26,871 nt of DNA from Chlamydiota bacterium. Its GTDB lineage: Bacteria; Auribacterota; Tritonobacteria; UBA1439. Each line of letters starts with the position of its first letter. The stretch's first letter is position 1. The translations under genes and the position numbers were made by a program. The stretch lies in NCBI GenBank assembly GCA_037133055.1, contig JBAXOY010000034.1:1-26871 (forward strand). The letters run 5' to 3'. The notes below the pieces were generated by a model that did not search any database, had not been told where the DNA came from, and saw nothing but the letters and a program-made list of their open reading frames with translations. This document shows, one piece after another, positions 26,342 to 26,871 of this stretch.

Positions 26342-26528
26342 GCGCTGTCCTGCTGATGCCCTTCAAGGTGGAATGAATTGCTTTTATTTTATCCTCTCGC
26401 ATACGTTCCATCTTTTTCAGAAAGTCAGTTTTATTCAGATTGTTTTTCATCAAGTTGAATGTGCTATCACACAGGGCGAGCCACGCCTCTATTTTTTCCT
26501 GCTTGTTGAGTCTCATTTTATGATACAT
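26331..26528 (-). CDS. Small basic hypothetical protein, probable partner of the nucleotidyltransferase
   Basis: About 65-aa helical K-rich ORF (MYHKMRLNKQEKIEAWLALCD...) whose stop overlaps the start of the nucleotidyltransferase; start uncertain (26516, 26528 or 26621). Confidence 0.6.
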   Translation of the reverse strand: MYHKMRLNKQEKIEAWLALCDSTFNLMKNNLNKTDFLKKMERMREDKIKAIHSTLKGISRTAHGK

Positions 26529-26731
26529 GGGCCGACTCCGGGTCTTTTTGCAGAAGCATAGGGTATCACATTCTCCGGAACCGAGAAGGCGTGAAAAAAT
26601 CGGCATCAAGGTTGTCATCATTGCAAAGCGGACGCTGAAATCTCAACTATTTGGGAGACAACAGGTTGCTTCGTCCTCCCCCTGGGCGGGACGGGACTCG
26701 GAGATGACAATCTCTCTTGTCGCGGGGGGGG

Positions 26732-26869
26732 TCAGAATATCCAGCCCCAGTAGGTCCACCCGTGGGAGCTGTAGGGCTCGCCGGCGTCGATGTTGGGGAA
26801 CAGCTCCGGCGTCGCGGCGGCGGGCGGCCGGAAGCTTATATTTATCGAGGTCGGCGCGGGCGTCGGGGT
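26732..26869 (-). CDS. 3' end of a protein (cut by window edge) with Pro/Thr linker and aromatic C-terminal motif; absent from the ORF track
   Basis: Manual translation: TPTPAPTSINISFRPPAAATPELFPNIDAGEPYSSHGWTYWGWIF*; stop TGA at 26732-26734; strong G/C bias at third codon positions. Confidence 0.7.
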   Translation of the reverse strand, partial: TPTPAPTSINISFRPPAAATPELFPNIDAGEPYSSHGWTYWGWIF

Positions 26870-26871
26870 TA

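Noticed and set aside
1..26871. CRISPR array, tRNA/rRNA, integrase or transposase
   Set aside because: No regularly spaced repeats, RNA-gene signatures or recombinase/DDE motifs were recognised by eye.

Overview
GC-rich bacterial surface-glycan biosynthesis and modification region. It carries about ten soluble or membrane-associated glycosyltransferase genes (mostly GT2, one GT4), two of them fusions: a B12-dependent radical SAM-GT2 and a GT-B-like-GT2. It also has two polytopic GT-C-type membrane proteins (YfhO-like, ArnT/PMT-like), an ArnC/GtrB-like polyprenyl-phosphate GT, four class I SAM methyltransferases, an SGNH (AlgJ/AlgX-like) protein and a GDP-mannose 3,5-epimerase-like enzyme. An ECF sigma / zf-HC2 anti-sigma / secreted repeat protein module sits in the middle. 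There are two AT-rich islets, one of them a putative nucleotidyltransferase toxin-antitoxin pair. Most interesting: (1) an apparently split beta-sandwich domain, where the secreted protein has the domain body without its N-terminal 'INFQP...YGW' segment, while that segment appears as a free C-terminal tail on the adjacent anti-sigma factor and on a separate Pro/Thr-linker protein at the window end, suggesting a tag/acceptor docking system under ECF control; (2) a 105-bp MITE-like element with terminal inverted repeats and a target-site duplication, inserted in frame in the linker of a two-domain glycosyltransferase. All family assignments come from reading motifs by eye; no searches were run.
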